A DNA stretch of 24,000 nucleotides from Acidimicrobiales bacterium (lineage in GTDB: Bacteria; Actinomycetota; Acidimicrobiia; Acidimicrobiales; CADCTF01), in the NCBI GenBank assembly GCA_035525495.1, contig DATLED010000089.1, forward strand, positions 8,319 to 32,318, given 5' to 3'. Below the pieces are notes generated by a model, which was not told where the DNA came from, ran no database searches, and saw only the letters and a program-made list of their open reading frames with translations. Below, piece after piece: positions 1-8,179 of this stretch. The position numbers were made by a program, and so were the translations under genes. Numbering within the stretch: the stretch's first letter is position 1; each line of letters opens with the position of its first letter.

Positions 1-1
1 C

Positions 2-124
2 GACATCACCCGCAAGCGCAAGCTCCTCGAGAAGCAGAAGGAGGGCAAGAAGCGAATGAAGAACATCGGCCGCGTCGAGGTCCCCCAGGAGGCCTTCATC
101 TCGGCGCTGCGCCTCGAGGAGTAG
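2..124 (+). CDS. lepA: Elongation factor 4 (LepA), C-terminal fragment; 5' end outside the window
   Basis: Reading from base 2 gives [40 protein letters not shown], the characteristic LepA C-terminus (EGKKRMK..G.VE.PQEAF...L). Confidence 0.9.
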   Translation, partial: DITRKRKLLEKQKEGKKRMKNIGRVEVPQEAFISALRLEE

Positions 125-166
125 CCCGATACCCTCGGGTCCAAGACACCCGAGGAAGGGGGCCGC

Positions 167-577
167 ATGTACCGGATCCTGGTCGTGGCCAACGAGACCC
201 TTGAAGGCGCGCACCTGCTCGAGGAGGTGGAGCGCAAGGTCGAACAGGCCGGGGGCGACGTGGGCGTCCACCTCGTCGTCCCCGCGGCTCACGGTCACGG
301 AACGTGGACCGAAGGTGGTGCCAAGGCGGCGGCGCAGCACCGGCTCGACGACGCCATGGTGCTGTTCAAGGAGCTGCACGTCGAGGTGACCGGGGAGGTC
401 GGCGATCCCAGCCCGGTCCTGGCGATCGGCGATGCGCTGCTCATCCGTCACTACGACGAGATCGTGCTGTCGACCCTGCCGCGGGGCGTCTCGCGGTGGC
501 TCAAGCAGGACGCCGTCTCCCGGATCCAGCGCGACCACCCGTCGATCCCGCTGACCCACGTGGCCGCATCGGGGTGA
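167..577 (+). CDS. Universal-stress-protein-like small protein
   Basis: 136-aa ORF MYRILVVANETLEGAHLLEEVERK... with alternating beta/alpha pattern and a C-terminal DEIVLSTLPRGVSRWLKQDAVSRIQR segment resembling USP-type proteins. Confidence 0.65.
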   Translation: MYRILVVANETLEGAHLLEEVERKVEQAGGDVGVHLVVPAAHGHGTWTEGGAKAAAQHRLDDAMVLFKELHVEVTGEVGDPSPVLAIGDALLIRHYDEIVLSTLPRGVSRWLKQDAVSRIQRDHPSIPLTHVAASG

Positions 578-594
578 TGGGGTAGAAGGGGCGC

Positions 595-1146
595 ATGCTC
601 ACCGGCCTGCTCCTCCTTCGCCTCCTCATCGGCCTGACCCTCGCCGCCCACGGCTCGCAGAAGGTCTTCGGCGCCTTCGGCGGCGGCGGCCTCGAGGGCA
701 CTGGGGCGTGGCTCGAGTCGATCGGCTTCCGGCCTGCGCGTCGCCAGGCGCTGATGGCCGGCGGGACGGAGCTTCTCGGCGGGCTGGCGCTCGCGTGCGG
801 GCTCATGACCCCGTTCGCCGCGGCCGGGATCATCGGGGTGATGGCCGTCGCCGGGGTCGCCGGCCACGGTGGCAAGGGGTTCTTCATCACGAGGGGCGGG
901 TGGGAGTACTGCGTCGTCCTCGCCGGCGCTGCCGCGGTCCTGGCCTTCACCGGACCTGGTGACTTCTCGATCGACCACCTGATCGGCTTCGACGGTGGCG
1001 GCAACCTCTGGGGTCTGTTCGCGGTCGCTCTCGGCGTTGCCGGTGCCGCCGGACAGATGGCGACACGGCGCACGCAGGTCGACCTGCGGGACTCGGGTGC
1101 GATCGCCGGCCCGAGGGTCGCGACGCGCCAGGCCGTCGACGGCTGA
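595..1146 (+). CDS. DoxX family membrane protein
   Basis: MLTGLLLLRLLIGLTLAAHGSQKVFGAFGGGGLEGTGAWLESIGFRPARRQALMAGGTELLGGLALACGLMTPFAAAGI; hydrophobic helices and the DoxX-type RLLIGLTLAAHGSQKVFG N-terminus. Confidence 0.85.
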   Translation: MLTGLLLLRLLIGLTLAAHGSQKVFGAFGGGGLEGTGAWLESIGFRPARRQALMAGGTELLGGLALACGLMTPFAAAGIIGVMAVAGVAGHGGKGFFITRGGWEYCVVLAGAAAVLAFTGPGDFSIDHLIGFDGGGNLWGLFAVALGVAGAAGQMATRRTQVDLRDSGAIAGPRVATRQAVDG

Positions 1147-1199
1147 CGACCCGGTGCTCCTGCCGCAGGCCGTCGCCGCGACACGGGTGACGGAGACGG

Positions 1200-1226
1200 T
1201 TAGCACTCGGTACTCTTGAGTGCCAA
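1200..1226 (+). promoter_or_regulatory. CIRCE element (HrcA operator)
   Basis: TTAGCACTC-N9(ggtactctt)-GAGTGCCAA versus CIRCE consensus TTAGCACTC-N9-GAGTGCTAA (17/18 positions), immediately at the hrcA start. Confidence 0.93.
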
Positions 1227-1228
1227 AG

Positions 1229-2239
1229 ATGACCGACCCCTTGGATGACCGAAAAGCCGACATCCTCCGAGCCGTCGTGGAGGAGTACATCGAGACGGCC
1301 CAGCCCGTGGGGTCGTCTCGAATCGTGCAGTCCGGAGGGCTCCACGTGTCCGCGGCCACCGTGCGCAACGAGCTGTCGGTGCTCGAACGCGAGGGGTACA
1401 TCACCCAGCCCCACACCAGCGCCGGCCGCATCCCCACGGAGAAGGGGTACCGGTTCTTCGTCGACCAGCTCACACCGAAGGGGTCGCTCCAGCCCGCGCA
1501 GCGCCAGGCCGTGCAGAGCTTCTTCAACACGACCCACGGCGCCCTGGAGCAGATGCTCCACGACACGAGCCGCCTCCTGTCGAACCTGACCGACTATGCC
1601 GCCGTCGTCGTCGGGCCGCCGCACGAGGCGGCGACGATCCGTTCCATCCAACTCGTCGGACTGGCGCCGCGCGTCGCCCTCCTCGTCGCCGTGCTCTCGA
1701 ACGGGGTCGTCGAGAAGCGGTCCATCGACCTCGACGAGGACACCGGTGACGAGGTCGTCGCGGCGGCGACGAACCGCCTGGCCGGGGCGTTGGTCGGGAA
1801 GGCGGTCGGCGAGGTCGTGACCGTGACCAGCGCTGGGAACGCCCACGTCGACGCCACCATCGATGCCGCCTTGTGCGAACTGCGTGCCAGCCACGACGAC
1901 GAGCCCGACCACGTCTTCGTCGGAGGCGCCTCCCGCATGGCGAGCGCCTTCGACGCCGTCGGCACGGTCGGCCAGGTGTTGCAGATCCTCGAGCAGCAGT
2001 ACGTCGTCGTCTCGCTGTTGAAGGACGTGCTCGACCGTGGCCTCTCCGTCGCCATCGGCAGCGAAGTCGGCAACGAGTCGTTGGCCGAATGCTCGGTCGT
2101 CGTGTCGCCGTACGAGGTCGAAGGCGAGCCGGCGGGAACGATCGGGGTCATCGGACCGACCCGCATGAAGTACCCGCAGGCGCTGGCTGCCGTCGCCCTC
2201 GTCAGCCAACGGCTCGGCCGCCGGCTCTCCGAGGGCTGA
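1229..2239 (+). CDS. hrcA: Heat-inducible transcription repressor HrcA
   Basis: MTDPLDDRKADILRAVVEEYIETAQPVGSSRIV...VSAATVRNELSVLEREGYITQPHTSAGRIPTEKGYRFFVD is diagnostic for HrcA; adjacent to CIRCE and dnaJ. An alternative GTG start lies at 1220 inside the CIRCE element. Confidence 0.96.
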   Translation: MTDPLDDRKADILRAVVEEYIETAQPVGSSRIVQSGGLHVSAATVRNELSVLEREGYITQPHTSAGRIPTEKGYRFFVDQLTPKGSLQPAQRQAVQSFFNTTHGALEQMLHDTSRLLSNLTDYAAVVVGPPHEAATIRSIQLVGLAPRVALLVAVLSNGVVEKRSIDLDEDTGDEVVAAATNRLAGALVGKAVGEVVTVTSAGNAHVDATIDAALCELRASHDDEPDHVFVGGASRMASAFDAVGTVGQVLQILEQQYVVVSLLKDVLDRGLSVAIGSEVGNESLAECSVVVSPYEVEGEPAGTIGVIGPTRMKYPQALAAVALVSQRLGRRLSEG

Positions 2240-2241
2240 TC

Positions 2242-3375
2242 GTGGCGACCGACTACTACGACTTGCTCGGCGTCAGCCGGACGGCCAGCGACGACGACAT
2301 CAAGAAGGCGTACCGCAAGCTCGCTCGCGAGCTGCACCCCGACGCCAATCCCGATGACCCGTCGGCCCACGAACGCTTCAAGGACGTGTCGACCGCGTAC
2401 GAGACGCTCCGCGATCCGGAGCGACGCCGGCGCTACGACCAGTTCGGTCCCGATGCCGCCCGCGCCGGCGCGGCCGGCGACCCGTTCGGCTTCGGCGGCG
2501 CGGGTGGCGGCCTCGGCGACATCTTCGATGCCTTCTTCGGTGGAGCCGCCGGCGGAGGGTTCGGCGCAGCAGGGCGGCGCGGTGGTCCTTCCCGGGGCAA
2601 CGACTTGGAGCTTTTGGTCGAGCTCGACTTCGAGGAAGCGGTCTTCGGCGTCCGGCGGGAGATCAAGGTGCGGGCGCCCGTCCCGTGCGACACGTGCGAG
2701 GCGACCGGCGCCGCGCCCGGCACGACGGCGACCACGTGCGCCGCCTGCGGCGGTACCGGCGAGGTGCGCCGTGTGCGCCAGTCGATCCTCGGCCAGATGG
2801 TGACCGCCAGTCCGTGCACCCGCTGCGGCGGCGCCGGACAGGAGATCGCCACGCCCTGTCAGGCATGCCGCGGCGAGGGGCGTCGCACCGAGGAGAAGAC
2901 CTACGAGGTCGACATCCCCGCCGGCGTCGACGACGGGACGCAGCTGCGGCTCCCCGGCCGCGGCGGCGCCGGTCCCCGTGGCGGACCGCTCGGTGACCTG
3001 TACCTCCACACGCGGGTGGGTCCGCACGAGCGCTTTCGCCGAAACGGACAAGACCTCGTCGCCGACCTCCACATCCCGATGACGCAGGCGGCGCTCGGCG
3101 CCCACCTCACGTTCGAGACCCTTGACGGCGAGGAGGACCTCGCGCTGCCCCCGGGAACGCAGTCCGGGCGCGTGTTCGAGCTACGCGGGCGCGGGGTGCC
3201 GGGTGGACGGGGGCGGGCCCGGGGTGACCTGCTCGTCCAGGTGTTCGTCGACACGCCGACAGATCTCGGCAAGGAGGAGCAGGACCTGCTCCGTCGGCTG
3301 GCGGCGATCCGGGACGAGGAGGTCGCTCCGGAGGAGACCGGCTTCCTCTCGCGGATCAAGTCGGCGTTCAAGTAG
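2242..3375 (+). CDS. dnaJ: Chaperone protein DnaJ
   Basis: J domain (DYYDLLGVSRTASDDDIKKAYRKLARELHPDANP, HPD), G/F-rich region, and four Cys repeats (CDTCEATG, CAACGGTG, CTRCGGAG, CQACRGEG). GTG start, 2 nt after the hrcA stop. Confidence 0.96.
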   Translation: MATDYYDLLGVSRTASDDDIKKAYRKLARELHPDANPDDPSAHERFKDVSTAYETLRDPERRRRYDQFGPDAARAGAAGDPFGFGGAGGGLGDIFDAFFGGAAGGGFGAAGRRGGPSRGNDLELLVELDFEEAVFGVRREIKVRAPVPCDTCEATGAAPGTTATTCAACGGTGEVRRVRQSILGQMVTASPCTRCGGAGQEIATPCQACRGEGRRTEEKTYEVDIPAGVDDGTQLRLPGRGGAGPRGGPLGDLYLHTRVGPHERFRRNGQDLVADLHIPMTQAALGAHLTFETLDGEEDLALPPGTQSGRVFELRGRGVPGGRGRARGDLLVQVFVDTPTDLGKEEQDLLRRLAAIRDEEVAPEETGFLSRIKSAFK

Positions 3376-3377
3376 CG

Positions 3378-4160
3378 GTGGAGGTCCCGGCGAGATCGGC
3401 GGCGCACGTGTTCGTCGCCGACCTCGATCGGCCCGTGATCGACGACGTCGACCGTCACCATCTCGAGCGGGTGCTGCGCCTGCGGATCGGCGAGAGGGTC
3501 ACCGCATCAGACGGTCGGGGCGGCCTGCGGGTGTGTGCGTTCGCTGCAGGCGGCGCGCTCGAGCCCTTGGGCGATGTGGACCTCGCTGCGTCGCCGTTGT
3601 CGCCATCGATCGGCGTCGGTTTCGCGCTGGTGAAGGCCGTGAAGCCGGAGTGGATCGTCCAGAAGCTGACCGAACTGGGGGTCGACCGCATCCTTCCGTT
3701 CACGGCGGAGCGTTCGGTGGTGCGCTGGGACGAGTCCAAGGCAGCTCGCAACCTGGATCGGCTCCGGCGGGCGGCGGTGGAAGCGGCGATGCAGTCGCGG
3801 CGGAGGTGGCTCCCTCAGGTCGAACCGGTGCGACCCTTGGCGCGGCTCACGCGGGAGGGGACGAGCGGGATTGCCCTCGCGGATGCGTCGGGTGAACCGC
3901 CGTCACTCGAGTGGCCGACGGTCCTCGTGGGGCCCGAGGGTGGTTGGTCGGACGCCGAACGATCGGCCGGTTCCGAGCGATTTGTCCGATTCGGATCGGC
4001 CGTCCTGCGGGCCGAAACGGCCGCCGTGACGGCCGGTGTGCTCCTCAGCGGGCTGCGCGAATCGGTCATTTCGCCCGTGAAACGACGCGAAGAGCGGTCG
4101 TCGTCGGATTTTCTGTCACGGAATGTGGGTGATTCGGCATCGAACGTGGAATACTGCTGA
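3378..4160 (+). CDS. rsmE: 16S rRNA (uracil(1498)-N(3))-methyltransferase RsmE
   Basis: HHLERVLRLRIGERVTASDG N-terminus; VLVGPEGGWSDAE and FGSAVLRAETAAVTA motifs; conserved position downstream of dnaJ. Confidence 0.93.
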   Translation: MEVPARSAAHVFVADLDRPVIDDVDRHHLERVLRLRIGERVTASDGRGGLRVCAFAAGGALEPLGDVDLAASPLSPSIGVGFALVKAVKPEWIVQKLTELGVDRILPFTAERSVVRWDESKAARNLDRLRRAAVEAAMQSRRRWLPQVEPVRPLARLTREGTSGIALADASGEPPSLEWPTVLVGPEGGWSDAERSAGSERFVRFGSAVLRAETAAVTAGVLLSGLRESVISPVKRREERSSSDFLSRNVGDSASNVEYC

Positions 4161-4190
4161 GGAACGAGGAGGGCCGCACCCGTGAGTGAA

Positions 4191-4742
4191 GCCGAGATGC
4201 CGACGAACTACGCACGCCGCGTCGGCGAGCGCCTGCGCCTCATCCGCAAGCAGAAGGGGCTGTCGTTGCAGGAGGTCGAGGCCTCCAGCTCCCAGGAGTT
4301 CAAGGCATCCGTGCTGGGCGCCTACGAGCGGGGTGAGCGGGCCATCTCCGTCCCGCGGCTGCAGCGGCTGGCCAAGTTCTACGCCGTTCCGGTCGACCAG
4401 CTGCTCCCGCAGGACGTCGACGCGTACCCGGCGCTCCGGGACGACGAGGTCATCGAGGTGACCGCCGCCGAGGCCGAGTCAGGTGAGGCGACGCCGGCTC
4501 GTGGCAGTCGCCGTTTCGAGGATGAGCGGGTGTCGATCGACCTCACCCGCCTGCAGGCGCTCGCCGCGCAGGAGCGGGAGATGCTGACCCGTTACCTCGG
4601 CATGATCCAAGTCCAGCGTCAGGACTTCAACGGCAAGGTGCTCACGATCCGCAACGAGGATCTGCGCGCCATCGCCTGCCTCTTCGAGACGACGACCGAT
4701 TCGATGCGTCGTCGCCTCGACGAGCTCGGCCTCCGGAGATAA
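4191..4742 (+). CDS. bldD: BldD-family transcriptional regulator (HTH plus c-di-GMP-binding C-terminal domain)
   Basis: MPTNYARRVGERLRLIRKQKGLSLQEVEASSSQEFKASVLGAYERGERAISVPRLQRLAKFYAVPVDQLLP matches the BldD HTH; C-terminal domain has RQD-FNGKVLTI-RNED, i.e. RxD-X8-RxxD. Alternative GTG start at 4182. Confidence 0.9.
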   Translation, partial: AEMPTNYARRVGERLRLIRKQKGLSLQEVEASSSQEFKASVLGAYERGERAISVPRLQRLAKFYAVPVDQLLPQDVDAYPALRDDEVIEVTAAEAESGEATPARGSRRFEDERVSIDLTRLQALAAQEREMLTRYLGMIQVQRQDFNGKVLTIRNEDLRAIACLFETTTDSMRRRLDELGLRR

Positions 4743-4755
4743 TCGGAGCCGTTCC

Positions 4756-5913
4756 GTGCGCCCCCGCAGCGTCGGGAGCGCCGGCGAGCAGCCGCCCGTC
4801 GAGCGGCAAGCACCGGCGCCCGCAGGGCCCCTCTCCGCAGAGCGAGACCATCGATACGGCGTTTATGTACACGTCCCGTTCTGCGAGCGGCGGTGCGACT
4901 ACTGCGCGTTCGCGACGTGGACGGATCGGCATCACCTGCAGGCCGCGTACGTCGACGCTTGCGTGCAGGAGGTCGTGTCGGCGGCGCTGCCGCCGGCGAC
5001 CAGCGTGTTCTTCGGTGGCGGGACTCCGTCGCTGTTGCCTCCCGCCCTGTTGCTCCGGATCCTCGACGCCATCGCACGGGTGCCGGGCGCCGAGGTCACG
5101 GTCGAGTGCAACCCGGACACCGTGACCCCTGCGTTGCTCGAGTCGTACCTCGCAGGCGGGGTGAACCGGCTGTCGTTCGGCGTGCAGTCGATGGTGCCGC
5201 ACGTGCTGGCGTCGCTGGGGCGGACGCACGACGTCGCCAACGTGTCGCGGTGCGCGGCGCTGGCCCGTTCGCTGGGGTTCGCGTCGTGGAACATGGACCT
5301 CATCCACGGTGCCTTCGGCGAGTCGTCGGACGATTGGCGGCGGACGGTGTCGTCCGTGCTGGAGCTCGAGCCGCCGCATCTCAGCGCGTATGCGCTGACG
5401 GTCGAGCAGGGGACTCCACTGGCGGCCGATGCGACCCGTCACCCGGACGAGGACGACGAGGCCGACAAGTACCTCGTGGTCGACGCGATGTGCGCGGAGG
5501 TGGGCCTTGCGTCGTACGAGATCTCGAACTGGGCGCGGCCGGCGCACGAGTGTCGCCACAACCTCCTGTACTGGACGCAGGGCAACTACCGGGGGATCGG
5601 GTGTGCCGCCCATTCGCACGCTTCGGGACGCCGGTGGTGGAACGTGCGGACGCCCGAGCGCTACATCGCCCTGCTGGCTGCGGGGAAGTCGCCATTGGCG
5701 GCTTCGGAGTCGCTGGACGCCGAGGCCCAACGAGTCGAGGGGTTGCAGCTCTCGTTGCGGACGTCAGCGGGCGTCCCCGCCTCCTCGTTGTCGTCGGCGG
5801 ACGTGGCGGCGCTCGGGGGGTTGTTGGTCGTCGCCGAGGACGACGACGTGCGGGTACGGCTCAGTGTCACCGGTCGGCTGCTGGCCAACGAGGTGGCCGT
5901 GCGGCTGCGCTAG
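4756..5913 (+). CDS. hemW: Radical SAM heme chaperone / coproporphyrinogen oxidase-like protein HemW
   Basis: VYVHVPFCERRCDYCAFATW (CxxxCxYC), FFGGGTPSLL, E.NPDTVTP, SFGVQS, HNLLYWTQGNYRGIGCAAHSH (HemW-type motif). Confidence 0.93.
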   Translation: MRPRSVGSAGEQPPVERQAPAPAGPLSAERDHRYGVYVHVPFCERRCDYCAFATWTDRHHLQAAYVDACVQEVVSAALPPATSVFFGGGTPSLLPPALLLRILDAIARVPGAEVTVECNPDTVTPALLESYLAGGVNRLSFGVQSMVPHVLASLGRTHDVANVSRCAALARSLGFASWNMDLIHGAFGESSDDWRRTVSSVLELEPPHLSAYALTVEQGTPLAADATRHPDEDDEADKYLVVDAMCAEVGLASYEISNWARPAHECRHNLLYWTQGNYRGIGCAAHSHASGRRWWNVRTPERYIALLAAGKSPLAASESLDAEAQRVEGLQLSLRTSAGVPASSLSSADVAALGGLLVVAEDDDVRVRLSVTGRLLANEVAVRLR

Positions 5914-5928
5914 GAGGTGGTGCCGGCA

Positions 5929-6663
5929 CTACGTCGGCGGCAGCTCGATGACGTCGCCGGGGAACACCAGATCCGGATCGTCCCGGTGCCGGAGGCGGCG
6001 CCGGTTGTGTTCGATCAGGCGCCGCCAGTACGGATCGACCTCACCGTCGGTCGGCGGTCGCCGCCACGCCGCTTCGAGGGTGCGTTCCGCCACCCGCCAC
6101 AGGTGATCCCCCGGCTGGATCGTCCACGTCCCGGGCCCGCGCATCGTGACCGGGGGCATCGGCTCCGTCGTGTCCGGCACAGGAGTGGTGTCGGCGAGTC
6201 GCCGCATCGTGACGGGGGGTGGTCCTTCGTTCGCTCGCGGCGAGTCATCCGGGAGGCGTTGCATCGTGATCGATGTCGCGTCGTCCGAGGCGCGCTCGGC
6301 GGCGGCGGCGGCGGAGGTGATCGTGACGGAGGCGGCGACGAGTCCCATGGCTGCTCTGACCACCCGACCCACCTGCACCGGAGCGCGGCGTTCCACGGCC
6401 GAAGCCAACCCGTCCGCACGGATCACGCGCAGCGTGCCCGAGACGGCGGTGGCTGCGAGGAGGTACCACGCCAGCGCCAGGAGGAGGACACGGAGCAGCG
6501 CGAAGGCGGCGGTGGCGGGTCCAAAGGCCTCGAGCCACGGGCCCAAGTCGTGCATCGGTGGCGTGCCGAGGGGGCCGTGGCCAAGGGCCTCCAGAACGAC
6601 GAGTGCGGCGACCAGAAAGGCGCACCACCCGGCGAGGACCGCGACCGCTCGGCATCGGGTCAT
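5929..6663 (-). CDS. Membrane-anchored LysM-domain protein, last gene of the Tad operon
   Basis: Starts MTRCRAVAVLAGWCAFLVAALVVLEAL; TM segments, linker with repeated TM(Q/R)RL motifs, and a C-terminal LysM-like segment WTIQPGDHLWRVAERTLEAAWRRPPTDGEVDPYWRRLIEHNRRRLRHRDDPDLVFPGDVIELPP. ATGA overlap with the upstream gene. Confidence 0.85.
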   Translation of the reverse strand: MTRCRAVAVLAGWCAFLVAALVVLEALGHGPLGTPPMHDLGPWLEAFGPATAAFALLRVLLLALAWYLLAATAVSGTLRVIRADGLASAVERRAPVQVGRVVRAAMGLVAASVTITSAAAAAERASDDATSITMQRLPDDSPRANEGPPPVTMRRLADTTPVPDTTEPMPPVTMRGPGTWTIQPGDHLWRVAERTLEAAWRRPPTDGEVDPYWRRLIEHNRRRLRHRDDPDLVFPGDVIELPPT

Positions 6664-7241
6664 CGCCGTGAACCGGTCGTCACGACCTCGATGCCGCCGC
6701 CGGCTCGGCGCACGGCGGCGCGACCGCACCCGCTCGGGTCGGCGGCGATGGCAACGGCGTCCCCGGGGATCGACGGTCCGGCGGCGGCAGCGGTCGTTGC
6801 GGCGCCGGTCGCCCACTCGCGGAAGACGAAGAGTTGGGACGTCCCCGGACGGGCGACCGCGGGAGTCGGCTGGCCGTCGCAATCCCAGTCTCCGACGGCG
6901 ACGAGGTCGCCGGGAGCGCCGACGGACCAGCGGTGGCCCCCGGAACGGATCTCGTTGCCGACGACCTCCACCGGTTCCGCGGGCCACACCCGGGCGACGA
7001 CCGTCGTCGTCACCGCCGAGGTCCGCGGACCGGGCGCCAGGGGCTCGAGGGTGGCCGGGGGCGCCGCCGGCCGACGGAGCGCGGTACCGCCGATCACGGC
7101 CGCGGCGACGGCGACCACGACGAAGGCGGCGAGGAGCAGGCGCCGGGTGTCGACGACGCCCGCGCCTCCGGCGTCGTCGTCCACCCCGCGGAGGCCTCGA
7201 CGGAGCTCGTCGAAGGCCTCGTCGACGTCGCGCCCTTCCAT
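6660..7241 (-). CDS. Single-TM protein with VCBS/FG-GAP-like extracytoplasmic segment, Tad operon accessory protein of unknown function
   Basis: MEGRDVDEAFDELRRGLRGVDDDAGGAGVVDTRRLLLAAFVVVAVAAAVIGGTAL (TM), then DLVAVGDWDCDGQPTPAVARPGTSQLFVFREWA. Same strand, translationally coupled to the LysM gene. Confidence 0.75.
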   Translation of the reverse strand: MEGRDVDEAFDELRRGLRGVDDDAGGAGVVDTRRLLLAAFVVVAVAAAVIGGTALRRPAAPPATLEPLAPGPRTSAVTTTVVARVWPAEPVEVVGNEIRSGGHRWSVGAPGDLVAVGDWDCDGQPTPAVARPGTSQLFVFREWATGAATTAAAAGPSIPGDAVAIAADPSGCGRAAVRRAGGGIEVVTTGSRR

Positions 7242-7274
7242 CTCTCATGGAATAACAGGAAACATCATGAAAGG

Positions 7275-7712
7275 TCAAGACTGACGAATGGTCGCCTCTG
7301 ACCGGGCGTGGACTTCGGTCGAGTCCGGAGCACCCGGGATCGCCTTGGCGAAGATCGACCGCACCCGGGCCGTCGCCTCGACTCTCACATGCGCACCGTC
7401 GGTCGTGGCGTCCCCCGCCCACGACTCGTAGCCGCCGGGAACCTGGTCCGCCGAGAACGCCAGCCGGGCGAACGCCGAAGCGCGTCGATCGTCGAGGAAC
7501 AGGAGGCCACGCTCCCCGTAGAACGCCGAGTCCGATACCGCCGACCCGGCGATGTCGTTCGCGGTGGCGGCCGTCCGGTTGGCGAGGTCGCGCTGCGCCA
7601 GGAAGACCACGGCCGAATCGACGCAGATGGCGCCGAGCACCAACAGCACGAGCACCGCCGCAGGCACGAGCATCAACGCCGACCCCTCCTCTCGACTGCG
7701 CCCTGCGATCAC
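7275..7712 (-). CDS. TadG-like pilus assembly protein (Tad pseudopilin-type)
   Basis: From GTG at 7712: VIAGRSREEGSALMLVPAAVLVLLVLGAICVDSAVVFLAQRDLANRTAATANDIAGSAV; N-terminal TM followed by LAxRxLxNxxxAAANxxA-type helix. GTGA overlap with the upstream gene. Confidence 0.8.
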   Translation of the reverse strand: MIAGRSREEGSALMLVPAAVLVLLVLGAICVDSAVVFLAQRDLANRTAATANDIAGSAVSDSAFYGERGLLFLDDRRASAFARLAFSADQVPGGYESWAGDATTDGAHVRVEATARVRSIFAKAIPGAPDSTEVHARSEATIRQS

Positions 7713-8179
7713 CGCCCGACCATCTCGGCCGGGCAGGCACCCCGGTCGTCGAGCCCGCCACGGTACGGGTCGACGATCTCGGTGTGCCGACCCACGGCCG
7801 TGAACCCGTGGCCGTGGGCCCCGATGACCGGTAGCGACAACAACGGCACGGGATACTCCGTCCGCACCGTCACCGCGGCGCACCGGCGCCGAGAGATCCG
7901 CTCGGGGATCACGGAGAGCTTCGACGGATCCCGTCCAGCACCGGCGACCGTCACCCGGGCCGCATCCTCCGCCTCGGCGAAGGCCTCACCGATCGATGAC
8001 GCGTCCGATTCGACGAACGCCCGCGTCGCCTCCCTCGCCGCGGCTCCGGCTGCCATCTTGGCGTCGACGACACCCCAAGCATTCGCGACGACGAGGGTCC
8101 CCAACACGAACACGAGCACGCCGAACACGAGCGCCTCGGCGCCCCCGACCTGGCCCTCCTCGCCCCGCACGACCGTCAC
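7709..8179 (-). CDS. TadE-like pilus assembly protein
   Basis: From GTG at 8179: VTVVRGEEGQVGGAEALVFGVLVFVLGTLVVANAWGVVDAKMAAGAAAREATRAFVE; TadE-like N-terminal TM and post-TM AAREA(T)R(A/T) helix. Confidence 0.78.
   Translation of the reverse strand: MTVVRGEEGQVGGAEALVFGVLVFVLGTLVVANAWGVVDAKMAAGAAAREATRAFVESDASSIGEAFAEAEDAARVTVAGAGRDPSKLSVIPERISRRRCAAVTVRTEYPVPLLSLPVIGAHGHGFTAVGRHTEIVDPYRGGLDDRGACPAEMVGR

Noticed and set aside
2690-2920. First DnaJ Cys motif reads CDTCEATG rather than CxxCxGxG
   Set aside because: The G-to-A variation at this position seems within the normal range of DnaJ zinc-finger repeats; the other three are canonical, so not worth a finding.
5929-7761. Full 610-aa minus ORF as a single protein
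   Set aside because: Only the C-terminal part (from ATG 6663) is plausible (TM + LysM). Upstream it is the out-of-frame reading of two other convincing genes.
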